Shown: positions 1 through 15,589 of the stretch, piece after piece
How the letters are laid out: every line of letters starts with the position of its first letter
Position numbering within the stretch: the stretch's first letter is position 1
Source of the DNA: the human T2T-CHM13v2.0 reference genome, Homo sapiens
NCBI RefSeq assembly: GCF_009914755.1
Contig: NC_060927.1
Direction: 5' to 3' (one strand)
Length of the DNA stretch: 64,000 nt
Notes under the pieces: generated by a model
Seen by the model: the letters and a program-made list of their open reading frames with translations, nothing else
Told to the model about the DNA's origin: nothing
Databases searched by the model: none
Made by a program: the position numbers and the translations under genes

Positions 1-160
1 ACCCAAAGGAATACAAATCTTTCTGTTATAAAGACACATGCACATGTATGTGCACTGTAGCACTATTCACAATAGCAAAGACATGGAATCAACCTAAATG
101 CCCATCAGTGATAGACTGGATAAAGAAAATGTGGTATCTATACACCACGGAATACACCAC
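1..160 (+). mobile_element. L1 3' fragment (L1PA/L1PB-type), continues off the window
   Basis: ORF2 C-terminal-like ALFTIAKTWNQPKCPS..DWIKKMW. Confidence 0.9.
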
Positions 161-185
161 AGCCAGCCCCAACTCCTTCTTAAAA

Positions 186-955
186 AAACTTTTAAGTTCA
201 GGGGTATGTGTTCAGGATGCGCAGACTTGTTACATAGGCAAACGTGTGTCATGGGGGTTTGGTTGTATAGATTATTTTATCACCCAGGTATTAAGCCTAG
301 TGTCCATTAATTATTTTTCCTGATCCTCTCCCTCCTCCTACCCTCTGCCCTCTGGTAGGCCCCAGTGTGTTTTGTTCCCCTCTATGTGTTCATGTGTTTT
401 CATCATTTAGCTCCTACTTGTAAGTGAGAACATGCAGTATTTTTTTGTTGTTGTTCTTGTGTTAGTCTGCTAAGGATAACAGTCTCCAGCTCCATCTATG
501 TCTCTGCAAAGGACATGATCTTATTCTGTTTTTATGGCCACATAGTATTCCATGGTGTATAGATACCACATTTTCTTTATCCAGTCTATCACTGATAGGC
601 ATTTAGGTTGATTCCATGTCTTTGCTATTGTGAACAGTGCTGCAGTGCACATACATGTGCATGTATCTTTATAACAGAATGATTTATATTCCTTTGGGTA
701 TATACCCAGTAGTGGGATTGCTGGCTCAAATTATATTTCTGTCTCTAGGTCTTTGAGGAATTGCCACACTATCTTCCACAATAGTTCAACTAATTTACAC
801 TCCCACCAATAGTGTAAAAGTGTTCCTTTTTCTCCACAACCTTGCCAGCATCTGTTATTTTTTGACATTTTAATAATAACCATTCTGACTGGTGTGAGAT
901 GGTATCTCACTGTGGGCTTGATTTGCATTTCTCTGATGATCAGTGATGCTGAACT
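186..955 (-). mobile_element. L1 3' end (L1PA/L1PB-type)
   Basis: Antisense L1 3'UTR and ORF2 end ([10 protein letters not shown]...HLTPVRM). Confidence 0.9.
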
Positions 956-1129
956 TCTATGCAAATAATTTTCCAAAAGGCTAGGAAAAGGAAATAAAAT
1001 TTTAGTCTACTAAGCAGTCAAGAATGTCATTTGAAATCTAGCTCATGCTTGAATCATACAAGTGTGTGAAAATTGTACACATCTTTTATTTTGCATTAAG
1101 GACCAATCTCTCAGTCAGTCATATTTTTT

Positions 1130-1610
1130 CCTCAGAGGTATATATTCACTATTTACTTATTATATATGTTTATATATATAATTCATATATCATTATATAT
1201 ATAATGAATTACATATATATGTAATGAATTATAATAACTATGATTCATTACATATATAATGAAAAAAATTAAGCTTACAGACAAAACATAAAAATAACAA
1301 ATAGGGAAGGGTTAAATATATAATAAATATAAAAACAGGGTTAATTATATAAAAATGTAATAAATATATATGAATATAAATCATTCTGTTATAATCATTC
1401 TGAATATGAAATACATCATTCTGAATATGAAAACCATAGTATGACCTAATGTCATATTTATGATATATGACATGTTATATATGTAATTCATTATATATGA
1501 CATATATGTAATTCATTATATATGATACATATATAATGTCATATATTCATTATATATTTAACACTCCCCTATTTGTTATTTATATGTTTTGTTTGCAAGC
1601 TTAATTTTTT
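1130..1610. repeat. AT-rich low-complexity tract containing an inverted repeat (arms about 1262-1328 and 1545-1610)
   Basis: aagcttacagacaaaacataaaaataacaaatagggaagggttaaatatataat is mirrored by attatatatttaacactcccctatttgttatttatatgttttgtttgcaagctt. Confidence 0.85.
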
Positions 1611-1943
1611 AAACTCATCATTATAACTGACCTCATCACCACTTATACTGAGTAGTATAATGTAATTGAAAGACATAGTTTGCAATTTACTGGATTTATA
1701 CAGCATCTCTGAGAAATATAACTATGCCATTTAATGTAATAAGCAGTAATTTATTTAAAAAGGCTGTCAGGTTTTCTTTCCACTTATTAAAAAATTCCAT
1801 ATCCTATATATTATCATTTAAGTAGTTGGCTTTCAAATAAAATTTTTTTCATTTGCTAAGTTTCTACTTTTCTAAGACCTTTCAAGTCAAGTGGGAACTG
1901 ACTTGAATTATATTAGTGCTTGCTTTTTTAAGAATGGAATTTA

Positions 1944-2271
<328 letters not shown>

Positions 2272-2286
2272 TCATCCTTTTATTAC

Positions 2287-2393
2287 CTTGGAGATAAAGT
2301 ATTCTGTGATGTATTGGTAGGAGAAGTAAGAGGACTGGACCAGTTAGCTGGTGATCGTGGTGTTGGTCTTGTCAAAGGACTCCCCATGGAACT
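2287..2393 (-). CDS. CLASP2: CLASP2 exon, 107 nt SSMGSPLTRPTPRSPANWSSPLTSPTNTSQNTLSP
   Basis: atcag|AGTTCC...CCAAG|gtaat; phase 0 to 2. Confidence 0.96.
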
Positions 2394-3551
2394 CTGATGA
2401 AGGGAGTCAAAGAAATATTAACATATTACAGGTAAGTTCACTTAAAAAAACTCTTAAGGAAGCCACACAAACATTAGGTTGAACCATATTAAAGGGCCAT
2501 ATTTACAGGTCAATATTTTAAATATTCATGTACTTACGTCTGGTTTCCAGGGGGAAAATTTCTCCCTACTTAGGAATGTAACTCTTTAGTCTTTTTCTGT
2601 TCTCACCTGCTTCCTGCTCTCAAATATTATCAACATCATTTCCCTCAAGGATTGAATGTAATTTTAAATTAGCTTCCTGTTCTGAGCTAATTTCCTTCTT
2701 CTAACCATTACTAATGCTCAAATTTTATCCCTCCTTGACTTTGCTTTACACCAAGGGAGTTAAATCTTGTCATACTATTAATATGTCTATTCTTAAGATA
2801 TGATGAAATAATCCCTACTCCTTTTAAAAAGATGACTGACTCTGGTTCACAAGAAATTGTTTTAGAATTACTTTTAACCCTCCTCAGACTTTACCTTAAG
2901 CCTGCCATCAGTGTGTCTCCTTTATTTGCCATTAAATGTCTTTCTTTTTAATGCTTCAGTTCAATTCTTTAGGCATATAATGTAAGTTATTTCATACCAG
3001 TAAAAAATATATATATGTATACACAAACACACAAATATACATATTTCAATGTTTCATTTACTCAGAACTTACTTCTTCAAAACAAATTCCTGCACATCCA
3101 AGTATAAATGGACTGACAAGCCTGTGATCATTTAATGTGACCACACTTCTTAAAGCACTACCTCCTTTGAATCTTATTTGTTAACCCTGGAATAAGTCAT
3201 CCTTGTTAGTCCTCAAATAAGAATTGATTCATCTAAAGAGCATGTCCTGATTCTAATGGCTTCCAGCTGGTGCTCTCATCTATGTTTTGCTCACGTTTTG
3301 CTTTTCTTGTTCATACCTGGCCACTGTTTACCACTATCCTAATGCACACAAATTATAATATAATATAAACAGGACAGGAATAGGGACTCTGTTCTTTCCA
3401 AGACAATATTTAATTCTGCTCAGGAAATGCTGCCAAATAAAGATGCAAAAATTATATATTAAGGATCAAGTTTACTTCGTATAAAAGAAAGCAATTATTA
3501 TTAAATCAACCATCACATTATATGATAGCCAAGAAAATAAGTAACAATTAC

Positions 3552-3695
3552 CTGGGTTCCATTGCCAGTGTTTCGAAGGTGATTATGAAGAAGCTTGGTA
3601 GCACCATCCTGAAAAGTTTTTGGTAAAGCTCCTAATAACATTGTAAACTCTGGGGTATTGAGTTCAAATAATGAAATCAGCACTGACTGTGCTGC
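3552..3695 (-). CDS. CLASP2: CLASP2 exon, 144 nt AAQSVLISLFELNTPEFTMLL...HLRNTGNGTQ
   Basis: tttag|GCAGCA...CAG|gtaat; phase 0-0. Confidence 0.97.
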
Positions 3696-4491
3696 CTAAA
3701 AAACAAAGGCATACAGTAGATGAATATATTTTTGTTACTCAAACAAGACCGTTTTCTTCCCCTACATTTCTGTTCAATAGCACGAAGCTTGACCATCTTT
3801 CCCAGGGAAAAGGAAGATATTCTTATTTGCTTTCAAACTGTTTTGCTGGAAGGATAAAAAAAAAATATTGACCTACCTTTTTTTTTTTTAAGGTAAGAAG
3901 GGAATATGAAAAGCATAACAAATATGACCTAACAGACAATGGAAAAGTTAACCATGACGGTTTCCAGGGTTACTCTGTTACATACTACTACAGTATTTTA
4001 GTTTTCCTAATAAACGATTACAAGGAGAAATAATATCTAATCTTCTCACAAGCAGTTAACTAAACAACTCTACAATTTGAAGCTAAAGTAAGTCCGTTCT
4101 GTGGAAATGGGAACAAAATAAAGCTTACTCAGATCAGTCAAGAAAAGTTATACAATTCTTCTCCGCTTCTGAAGTAATCAACTGCATTACTAAAAGACAA
4201 ACTTTGAAATTCAAATTATATAGAGACTTAATTAAGGAGAGAGAAACTCAAATCATTTATGATCACATGACTTGTATCCAAATCTGCACACTTCATTTTG
4301 GACTTTTCTGAACCCACTCTATGAAAAATACACCTGAATATACAACACTAGGGGGAATGGTTAAATTATGTTACTTTGGAACAATGGAATACTATACAAC
4401 ACAATCTTGGAAGATGATACAGCTCTCAATGTAGAAATTGAGAAAGGTCTATTATACACTGCTGAAGAAAAACTATAAGACTGCTGTAACA

Positions 4492-4798
<307 letters not shown>

Positions 4799-5970
4799 TT
4801 AAAAACAAAGAAGTGTAAGTTGTGTGGGTATATACTCTGGGTATCTAACATGTTAATAGTGCTTAAATAAAGCTATTAATATTTGCAGTTTGAAAACAAA
4901 AGTTACGATCTCATACTTTTTTTTGGAACCACCACATTGAATGGACCACAAGTAAACTTGAGCAAATGAACTAGTAATTGTTAATATATACTTTATTCCA
5001 TCTAGTTTACTTTGGTTTGGAGATTCAGCTTTATTTCCCCTGTAGGGACAGACATCCCAATTGCTCCCAAACCATTTACCAATGAGTATATCCTTTCCTC
5101 ATGACTTGAAGTGACACCTGTATAATGAACTAATCTCCTATATAAACCTAAGTATCTCTGGACCTTCCTTCATGTTCCATTGATCTATTTGTCTATTTCT
5201 GTACTAACACCACATGACTTAAAATACTATACCGTTAGTATATTTCGATCATATCCTTCCTTTCTTGCGGTTTTAAATTTCCTAATGTCATATTTGTTTT
5301 ACTAGATTTCATATTTCTTTTAAAATAATTTTTGAAGTCTATCAAAGTAATACATACATACAGATTTTAAAAAACCAGTTTTACAAAAGGTTTTATAAAT
5401 CTCAATTCCATTGTTCAGGTCTCCAGAGTTCCCTTTTGTAATGCTTGTTTTTACTGATAGGATTCATAGGCTTATAAAATTATTTCTTCATTTATCAGCT
5501 TGAGACATTTTCTAGTGATTTCTTACAATAGATGAGGACTTAGGTTCCTTTCAACATCAGCTCTACCTTTCTTCTTTCTTCTCCCTTATACTAGCCCATT
5601 TTTGTCACATCAGACAGCATAATCTTTAAAAACATAAATCATATTACTCTGTGAGTTAAAAATGTGCCAATAATTTCTACAGTCACATCAGTATTCTTGT
5701 TCTTGGAATACTGCAAAATTTAAATTTTGATGAAATCCAACTTATCTGTTTTTCCATTTGTTGCCTAAGCTTCTGATACCATATCCAAGAATCCACTGCC
5801 AAATCGGAGTTCATGAAGATTTATTCCTGTTTTAAGTGTTTTATTTTCCTGTATCTATTGAGATGATTATGTGGTTTTTGTATTTTTACTATTGATATGG
5901 TCTACTACATTAATAGATTTTTGGATGTTAATCTAACCTTACATTCCTGGGATAAATCCCTCTTGGTCAT

Positions 5971-6340
5971 TGATATGGTTTGGCTCTGTGTCCCCACACA
6001 AATCTCATCTTGAATTATACTCCCATAATTCCCACGTGTTGGAGGGACTGGTGGGAGATAACTGAATCATGGGGGTGGTTTCTGCCACACTGTTCTTGTG
6101 GTAGTGAATAAGTCTCATGAGATCTGATGATTTGATAAGGGGAAACCCATTTCACTTGGCTCATTCTCCCTCTCTGCCTGCTGACATCCATGTAAGACAT
6201 TATTTGCTCTTCCTTGACTTCTGCCATGATTGTGAGGCTTCCTGAGCCACATGAAACTGTAAGTTCAATTAAACCTTTATTTTGTAAATTGCCCAGTCTC
6301 AAGTATGTCTTTATCAGCAGCATGAAAATGAACTAATACA
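5971..6340 (+). mobile_element. THE1-family (ERVL-MaLR) solo LTR
   Basis: TGATATGGTTTGGCT...CTAATACA ends; 5-bp TSD GTCAT at 5966-5970 and 6341-6345. Confidence 0.92.
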
Positions 6341-6645
6341 GTCATGGTATATACTTCTTTTACATATGTTGCTAAATTTGGCTTGCCAGCATTTTGTTGA
6401 AGATTAAGGCATTCATATTCATAAAGAGATGCTGGTCTGTAGTGTCTTTTTTGATGTGCGATGTCTCTGTCTAGTTTTGGTATCAGAATAAAACTGGTCT
6501 CATAGAATAAACTGGGAAGTGTTCCTTCCTCTTCTGTTTGTTTGGAAGAATGTGTGAAGAATTGATATTAATTGTTTGGTGGAATTTAACACCAGTGACG
6601 CCATCTGAGCCTGGGCTTTTCTTTGTGCAGTTTTATTTTATGTAT

Positions 6646-6928
6646 TTTTTTTTTTTTTTTGAGATGGGGTGCTGCTCTGTCACTCGGGCTGGAGTGCAGT
6701 GGTGTAATCACAGTTCACTGCAGCATCGACCTCCCAGACTCAAATGATCCTCCTACCTCAGCCTCCTGAGTAGCTGGGACTACAGGTGTATGCCACCACA
6801 CTCAATTAATTTTTGTATAGACAGGGTTTCACCATGTTACCCAGGCTGGTCTCTTCTGGGCTCAGGCAATCCACCTGCCTCAGCCTCCTAAAGTGCTGGG
6901 ATTACAGGTGTGAGCCACCGTGCCTGGC
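6646..6928 (-). mobile_element. Alu (J-type)
   Basis: Antisense Alu with T tract. Confidence 0.9.
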
Positions 6929-7142
6929 TTGTGCATAGTTTTTGAATACTAGATCAATTTCCTGTTATAGTTCTATTCATGCTATCTATTTCTTCTTCAG
7001 TCAGTTTTGGTAGTTTGTATTTTTCTAGGAATTTGTCCATTTCATCTAAGTTTTTTTATAAGCTCAGTAGTTAAAATAATTTTTAAGTCTTTAAATCAAA
7101 TACTTACAGATTTTTAAAAAAAGTTTTAGAAAATGTTTTATA

Positions 7143-7448
<306 letters not shown>

Positions 7449-7617
7449 ATCATTTTATAAATCTTAATTCCCTTTTTCAGCTCTCCAGAGTTCCCTTTTG
7501 TAATGCTTGTTTTTACTGATAGGATTGACAGGCTTATACAATTATCTCTTCATTATCAGCTTGAGACATTTTCTAGTGATTTCCTGCCACAATAGGTAAC
7601 GACTACGGTTTCATTTC

Positions 7618-7944
7618 TTTTTTTTTTTTTTTTTTTTTTTGAGTTGGGAGTCTCACTATCATCCAGGCTGGAGTAGAGCAGCATGATCATAGCTCACTGC
7701 ACCCTTGAACTCCTTGGCTCTAGTGATCTTCCTGCTTCAGTCTCTTGAGTATCTGGGACTACAGGCATGCACCACCATACCCACCTAATTTTGAATTTTC
7801 TTTTTTTGCATAGATGAGGTCTTGTCATATTGCCCAGTCTGGTCTCAGACTCCCAGCCTCAAGTGATCCTCCCACCTTGGGATTACAGGTGTGAGCCACC
7901 ACACCCAGGTGTTGGGATTACAGGTGTGTGCCACCACACCCAGC
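7618..7944 (-). mobile_element. Alu (J-type) with tandemly duplicated 5' end
   Basis: ttgggattacaggtgtg.gccaccacacccag occurs twice. Confidence 0.88.
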
Positions 7945-8588
7945 ACATTTGTAATTCCAGTAATTTGAATGTTTTCTCTTTTTACCCTGATATGTTTAGC
8001 TAAAGGTTTGTCAATTTTGTTGATCTTTCCAAAGAACCAGCTTTTGGTTTCACTGGTTTTCCCAGTCTCTATTTCATTAACTTTTGCTTTAATCTTGATT
8101 ACATCCTTCCTTTTGCTGTCTTCAGGTTTAGTATGCTTTTCTTTTTCCAGTGTCTTATGGTGGTGAATCGATTACTGATTTGAGAGCTTTCTTTTTATTG
8201 TAGGCATTAACAGCTATAAATTTCCCTAGAAGCATTGCTTGAGCTTTATCCCATACATTTTGGTATGCCATGTCTTCATTTTCATTCATCTCAATGTATT
8301 TCTTAGTGTATTTTCTTATTTCTCTTTTGATTTCCTCTTCGGCCCACTGACTATTTAAGAGTGAGCTGTTTGTGGGTTTTCTAAATACCTTTCTATTATT
8401 GACTCTAATTTCATTCTATTGTGGTCAGAGAACATACTGTGTATTCATTCTATCATTTTAATCTATTGAGGTTTCATGGCCTAGCGTGCAGAATGTTCCT
8501 AGTGTAGTTGAGAAGAATATTCTGCTGTTGTTAGGTGCAGTGCTCATCACTGGAAATAAAGATCACAAAAAATGTATATTCTGTGTAC

Positions 8589-8887
8589 TTTTTTTCTTTT
8601 TTTTTTTTTTAAGATAAGGTCTCACTCTGTCACCCAGGCTGGAGTGCAGTGGCATGATCTTGTCTCATTGCATCCTCGACCTCCTGGGCTCAAGTGATCC
8701 TTCCACCTTAGCCTCCCAGGTAGCTGGGGCTACAGGTGCATGCCAATGCACCCAATTTTTTTTTATTTTTAGCAGAGACAGGGTTTCTCCACGTTGCTCA
8801 GGCTGGGCTCAAGCTCCTGAGCTCAGACAATCTGCCTGCCTCAGCCTACCATGTTGAGATTACAGGCGTGAGCCACTGCGTCCGGCC
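8589..8887 (-). mobile_element. Alu (J-type)
   Basis: Antisense Alu. Confidence 0.9.
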
Positions 8888-8975
8888 TATGTGTACTCCT
8901 TTTGCAGCAAATGTTGATGGAAATAATTCACCAGAAAAGAAAGTAAATAGAAGTAAATATAAGATGCAAGAAACA

Positions 8976-9269
8976 GGCTGGGTGCAGTGGCTCACATCTG
9001 TAATCCCAGCATTTTGGGAGGCTAAGGTGGGCAGATCACTTGAGGACAGGAGTTTGAGACCAGCTTGGTCCAATATGGAGAAACCCCAAAAATATAAAAA
9101 TTAGCTGGGTGTGGTGGTGGGTGCCTGTAATCCCAGCTACTCAGGAGGCTAAGGCATGAGAATCACTTGAATTGGAAGGTGGAGGTTGCAGTGAGCCAGT
9201 ATCATGCCACTGTGCTCCAGCCTGGGTGAAAAAGCGAGACTGCCTCAAAAAAAAAAAAAAAAAAAAAAA
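8976..9269 (+). mobile_element. Alu (S-type)
   Basis: Sense Alu with long A tail. Confidence 0.92.
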
Positions 9270-10105
9270 GATAGAAGAAGTAAACAGGGATGAAGATAAG
9301 TCTCAGGAAGATGCTCAAGAGAAATTCCAGACAGACGTGTGTGCAGCAGGCCTGGGGAGAAACATGTCAAAACTGGAGAAAACAACAGAATGTCTAAGAA
9401 GGAGCTCTCTAGAAAATAAAGTAATAATCTATGCTTTTGAGCATATGAAAAATAATAGCCATACACATGTAGCAGAGATGTTGAAAATATTATGATACTT
9501 AAAAAAAAAAAGTAGGCAAATGAAAAAGCAAGGCAAATTATCAACTCCAGGAAAAATAACGTTTCTATAAGAAAGCAAGCAGTCGCAAATCACTTGGTAT
9601 AAAAGTGAATACCTGCACAGTCAAATGTAAATCTTTTCTACTGATAACTAGTAATTGATTCATAAGTAGTTTATGAATACCTTAGAAAGGATACAGAAAG
9701 TATGAGAAAGCTAGGTCCTCACTTAACAAAATAGACGGATATACCTAATGTCTACATTCATCAATAGATTAAAAACAAGTCTAAAAATTGATAAATCAAA
9801 CAACAGTGTAAGCTCTCATTTGAAATGTATAGGTAAATGCAAGGGGAATGATTTGAAATATTCCGAATGGTGATAAAATTAGAGGGAGGATTGTGGTAAA
9901 GGCAGCTACTTTTGATTCTAGGTTTGAAAATTATGCTCACATTAATTGGATAAAATTTGAAACAATTTTAAAGATTTTTTAAAAAGCTCTTCATAACTCA
10001 CTGCTAATTGCTAAGGTCCTGAAAATATTAGCTTCCTTCACTGGCAATCCATAATAACTGACTTGCTTTCCCAATTTATCTTCTAAACCTCATATTAAAA
10101 TATAC

Positions 10106-10249
10106 CTTCCGAACATCAGAACTTTTGGGTTCTGTTGTCCAAGTGATGACCCGAGACACTGCTAGGCGAGTTTCACTGGAATTTATAAAATCTCCTGGAT
10201 CCATCTGTTTGGCCAGAGTTTCTATGTATTTAAGGATAGCAACCTTCAC
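10106..10249 (-). CDS. CLASP2: CLASP2 exon, 144 nt VKVAILKYIETLAKQMDPGDF...EPKSSDVRK
   Basis: ctgcag|GTGAAG...AAG|gtata; phase 0-0. Confidence 0.97.
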
Positions 10250-10297
10250 CTGCAGAGGAAAGCACAAAGAGAAAGGACAGAAAGATGGTTATTGTGA

Positions 10298-10480
<183 letters not shown>

Positions 10481-10971
10481 TAATACTACAATCACCTACC
10501 TACCTGAGGTACAAGTATATGACAGTGTTGATGATTTTTGTTTTTCACACACAATCAGAACTTCGAGGTCCCAGGTGTTTCATTCCCCAAGTTTGAACAA
10601 CTGCTGAAGACTATCTTGACAAGATTATAAACATTTCCTTAAATCAGCCCTCAGAGCTTATGGCTGACTCTTGGCTAGCCTCACAGGGAGCTAGTCTTTA
10701 CTAACTCTGTAATTTTGTTTTTGGGAAAATGAACCAAAGTGCTTTGGAAATAAGGTATGGCAAATCAAGGTAGCAATCAAGGTGGGCAATATAGTTTTTT
10801 TTTTTTTTTTTGGTAAAACACAGACTCACACAATGAGATGAGGTTCCTTAATGAGTCCACCAGTTGTTAGAAATGCCTCCCAAAAGAACTGTCACAAAAA
10901 TGAGTTATACAAGTACCACTGAAGAAAAGACAACACTTACGTGGATAAAAATGTTATGTGTGGGTTTATAA

Positions 10972-11271
10972 TTTTTTTTTTTTTTTTTTTTGAGACAGAA
11001 TCTCACCCTGTCGCCCAGGCTGGAGTGTAATGGTGCGATCTCGGCTCACTGAAACCTCCGTCTCCTGGGTTCAAACGGCTCTCCTGCCTCAGCCTCCCAA
11101 GTAGCCGGAATTACAGGCGCCCGCCACTACACCCAGCTAATTTTTGTGTTTTTAGTAGAGACGAGGTTTCACCATGTTGGCCATGCTGGTCTCGAACTCC
11201 TGACCTCATGATCCGCCTGCCTCAGTCTCCCGAAGTGCTGGGATTACAGGCGTGAGCCACCGTGCCCGGCC
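10972..11271 (-). mobile_element. Alu (S-type)
   Basis: Full antisense Alu. Confidence 0.93.
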
Positions 11272-11279
11272 TATTCTCC

Positions 11280-11785
11280 CAGTAATTCTTGATGTGTAGG
11301 TGCATGGAAGGCAGATGTTTGAAATATGTATATTTGTGGAATGGTTATAATTGAGCTAATTAAGATATGCCTCATATACTTATTTTTTTGTGGTGAGAAC
11401 ACTTAAAATCTATTCTCTTGGCAATTCTCTTTTTATAAATTCAATTTTAAAGTTTTATATATTTAATGTGTACAAGTTTTGATACACATATACATAGTGA
11501 AACGTTTCTCATAGTCAAGCAAATCAATGAATCCATCGTTTCAGTCACCCCTTTTCTGTGTGTAGCAAGAGCATTTAAAATCTACTCTTTTAGCAAAAAT
11601 CCCAAATATAACACAATATTATGAACTATGGTCTTCATGTTGTCTGTTAGATCTCTAGACTTATTCATCCTATAGATCTGCAACTTTGAATACTTTGACC
11701 TACATCTCCCCATTCCACATCCCCTCATTAGCAATTTTCAAGTATACAATACATTGTTATTAACTATAGTCACCATGTTGTACCT
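11280..11785 (-). mobile_element. L1M 3' fragments
   Basis: gtggtgagaacacttaaaatcta.tctctt; tacaatacattgttattaactatagtcaccatgttgtac. Confidence 0.75.
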
Positions 11786-12798
11786 GTGCACTTAAGAAAC
11801 AGCATATGACATAGTACACAGTCCTTGGATACAGCAAGGATGCTAAACACATATTCAATGTGAATTTGCTGACTTAGAATAAGGAAGGTTTAAATGTATG
11901 ATTGAAACTTGAGAAAAAATTGTCAAATTTTAAGGTAATATGTTTTTCTATGTTTTTTCTTCCCTTACTATCGACTTTAATGTCATTTTTGTCACTCAGG
12001 TGAAATAAGGTCTCCGGGAAGTGCCATACTGAATAAATTCACAGGAAGTAAAATATTAAAATAAGGTTCTGACACTTGTACATTTTTCCCTTCCTACTTC
12101 CAGTTAAAAAAAAGAAGAGATAAAATTACATTTTTCTTTCATAATGAATTTTAAGAAGTATTTATAATTTTACACAGTCAACAAAAGCAAAAATAGACAA
12201 ATGAGAGTACATCAAACTAAAAAGCTTCTGCATAGCAAAGGAAACAATCAACAGAGTGAAGAGACAACTACAAAATGGGAGAAAATATTGTACTGTAAAC
12301 CATACATCTGATAAGTGGTTAACATTCAAAATATATAAGAAACTCACATGACTCAATAGCAAGAAAACAAATAAACTATTTAGAAAATGGGCAAAGGATC
12401 TGAATAGACATTTGTCAAAGAAAGACATACAAATGGCCAACAGGTATATGGAAGAATGATCAATATCAGTATTCATCAGGGAAAGGCAAACTAAAACCAC
12501 ATTTGAGATATTCACCTCACACCTGTTAGAATGACTGTTATCAAAAAGATGAAAGATATGTGTTGGTGATGATGTGGAGAAAACGAAACTCTTCCACAAT
12601 GCTGGTGGAAATGTAAATTAGTACTGCCATTATGAAAAATAATATGGAGGTTCCTCAAAAAATTAAAAATAGAACTGCCATATGATCCAGCATTCCACTA
12701 GTGGGTATATACCCAAAGGATATGAAATCAGAACGTGGAAGTGACATCTGCACTCCCATGTTCACTGCAGCATTACTCATAATACCAAGATATGGAAT

Positions 12799-13099
12799 CG
12801 GCCAGGCGCAGTGGCTCACGCCTGTAATCCCAGCACTTTGAAAGGCTGAGGTGGGCGGATCACCTGATGTCAGGAAGTCAAGGCCAGCCGGGGCCAACGT
12901 AGTTAAACCCCATCTATACTAAAAATACAAAAATTAGCCGGGCGTGGTGGTGGGCGCCTGTAATCCCAGCTACTCGGGAGGCTGAAGCAGGAGAATCGCT
13001 TGAACATGGGAGGTGGAGTTCCAGTGAACCGAGGTCACACCACTGCGCTCCAGCCTGGGCAACAGGAGCGAAACTGTCTCAAAAAAAAAAAAAAAAAAA
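12799..13099 (+). mobile_element. Alu (S-type) inside L1
   Basis: Full Alu with A tail. Confidence 0.93.
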
Positions 13100-13424
13100 T
13101 GTAATCAACCTAAGTGTCTATCAATGGTTGTAAAGATAAAGAAAATGTGGTATATATACACAATGGAATACTATTCAGCCTTACAAAGAAGGAAATCCTG
13201 TCATTTGTGATAACGAAGATGAACCTGGAGGACAATACCGTAAGTGAAATAAGCCAGACATAGAAAGACAAATACTGTATGATCTTATTTACATGCAGCA
13301 CGTAAAAAGTCAAATTTATAGAAACAGAGAGTAAAATGGAGGTTACCAGAGGGCAGGGGACTGGAGAGATGTTGGTCAAAGGGCACATTTCAGTTAGACA
13401 GGAGGAATAAGTTTAAGAGATTTG

Positions 13425-13855
<431 letters not shown>

Positions 13856-14221
13856 GAGACCTGTACATCATGGTGACTACAGTTAAGAACAATATATTGC
13901 ATATTTGAAAATTGATAAAAGAGTGAATTTTATGTATTCTTACCTAAAAAAAAGATACACCTATGAGGTAATACAAATGTTAAATAACTTGATTTAGCCA
14001 TTCCACAATGCATACATATATCAAAACATTATATGCCATAAATATATAGAATTTTTACTTGTCAATTAAAAGACATATTTATAACTTTAAATAAATTTAT
14101 TGCAAAAAAACAAAAGTTGACCTATTAGCCATCAGAAATGTGCAGTAGACAGGAAAAGAGACTTCTGGTTAGTTTTAACATACCGGGCACAATTAAATTA
14201 TGACAGCACATAATATTCTGA

Positions 14222-14522
14222 TTTTTTTTTTTTTTTGAGATAAGGTCTCATTCTGTCACCCAGGGTAGAGTGCAGTGGTGTCATCTCGGCTCACTGGTAG
14301 CCTTGACATCCCAACTCAAGTGACCCTCCCACCTCAGCTTCCCGAGTAGATAAGATTACAGGTGTGCACCACCACGTCCAGCTAATTAAAAAAAATTTTT
14401 TGTAGAGATGGGGTTTTGCCATGTTGCCCAGGCTAGTCTCGAACTGCTGGGCTCTGGTGATCTGCCCACCTTGGTCTCCCAAAGTGGTGGGATTACAGGC
14501 ATAAGCCACCATTCCCTGGCCA
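14222..14522 (-). mobile_element. Alu (J-type)
   Basis: Antisense Alu; TSD aatattctga. Confidence 0.9.
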
Positions 14523-15265
14523 ATATTCTGAATTCCTAAAGCAATGTCATCCTCTCTCAGTGTGAATAGCTGGAAGGTGACTATGTTAAATCAAAAAATG
14601 AACATCAATGTATTTTGTTTATAATTTGCCACCATCAATAACTGAACATATTTATTTACACTATGTGAGATTCAACTAGTGCAGTGCCTTAGCAATTTAT
14701 TGTCATGCAAAATTTTACAAGGGTTTCACAGAATGTATGTGTTTACTATACTAATAGGCAACATAACCACAATACATATATAATCATTTGAACATGTATA
14801 TTTATTAGGATATTTTACAAGGTTATACCTAGTTTATAATTTTAATACAGCAAACATGCATTCTTTTTCAGAGAAGGAAAAACAATCTAGCTGCTAAAGG
14901 ATGTGAAATTCTTTAATTGTTTGTGAAACCCAGAAAAAGAGGTCAGCAAAGATTATATTTATCTTTAAAGTATTACTAATTCAAATAAAATCACTTTGTA
15001 TTGCCATTTCCCCCATTGCTTCCTCTTGACATGTAATCACATGACACTCTGAAAGAGATGTAAAATTTTATATAAACATCCATCATTTATCTGAAAGATC
15101 AATAAAAAAATTTTCTAGATCTGATACTCAAGTTACATGTGGTTTTCTATAATCTGTTAAATTTTTTATACTTAATCCTGTCACTCACTTGAAAGCTGGT
15201 TTTATTTTTGGCATAAAGTATGGCTCCAATATAACTTTTCCCTGCTATTCTAAACACTGGTGTAA

Positions 15266-15589
<324 letters not shown>

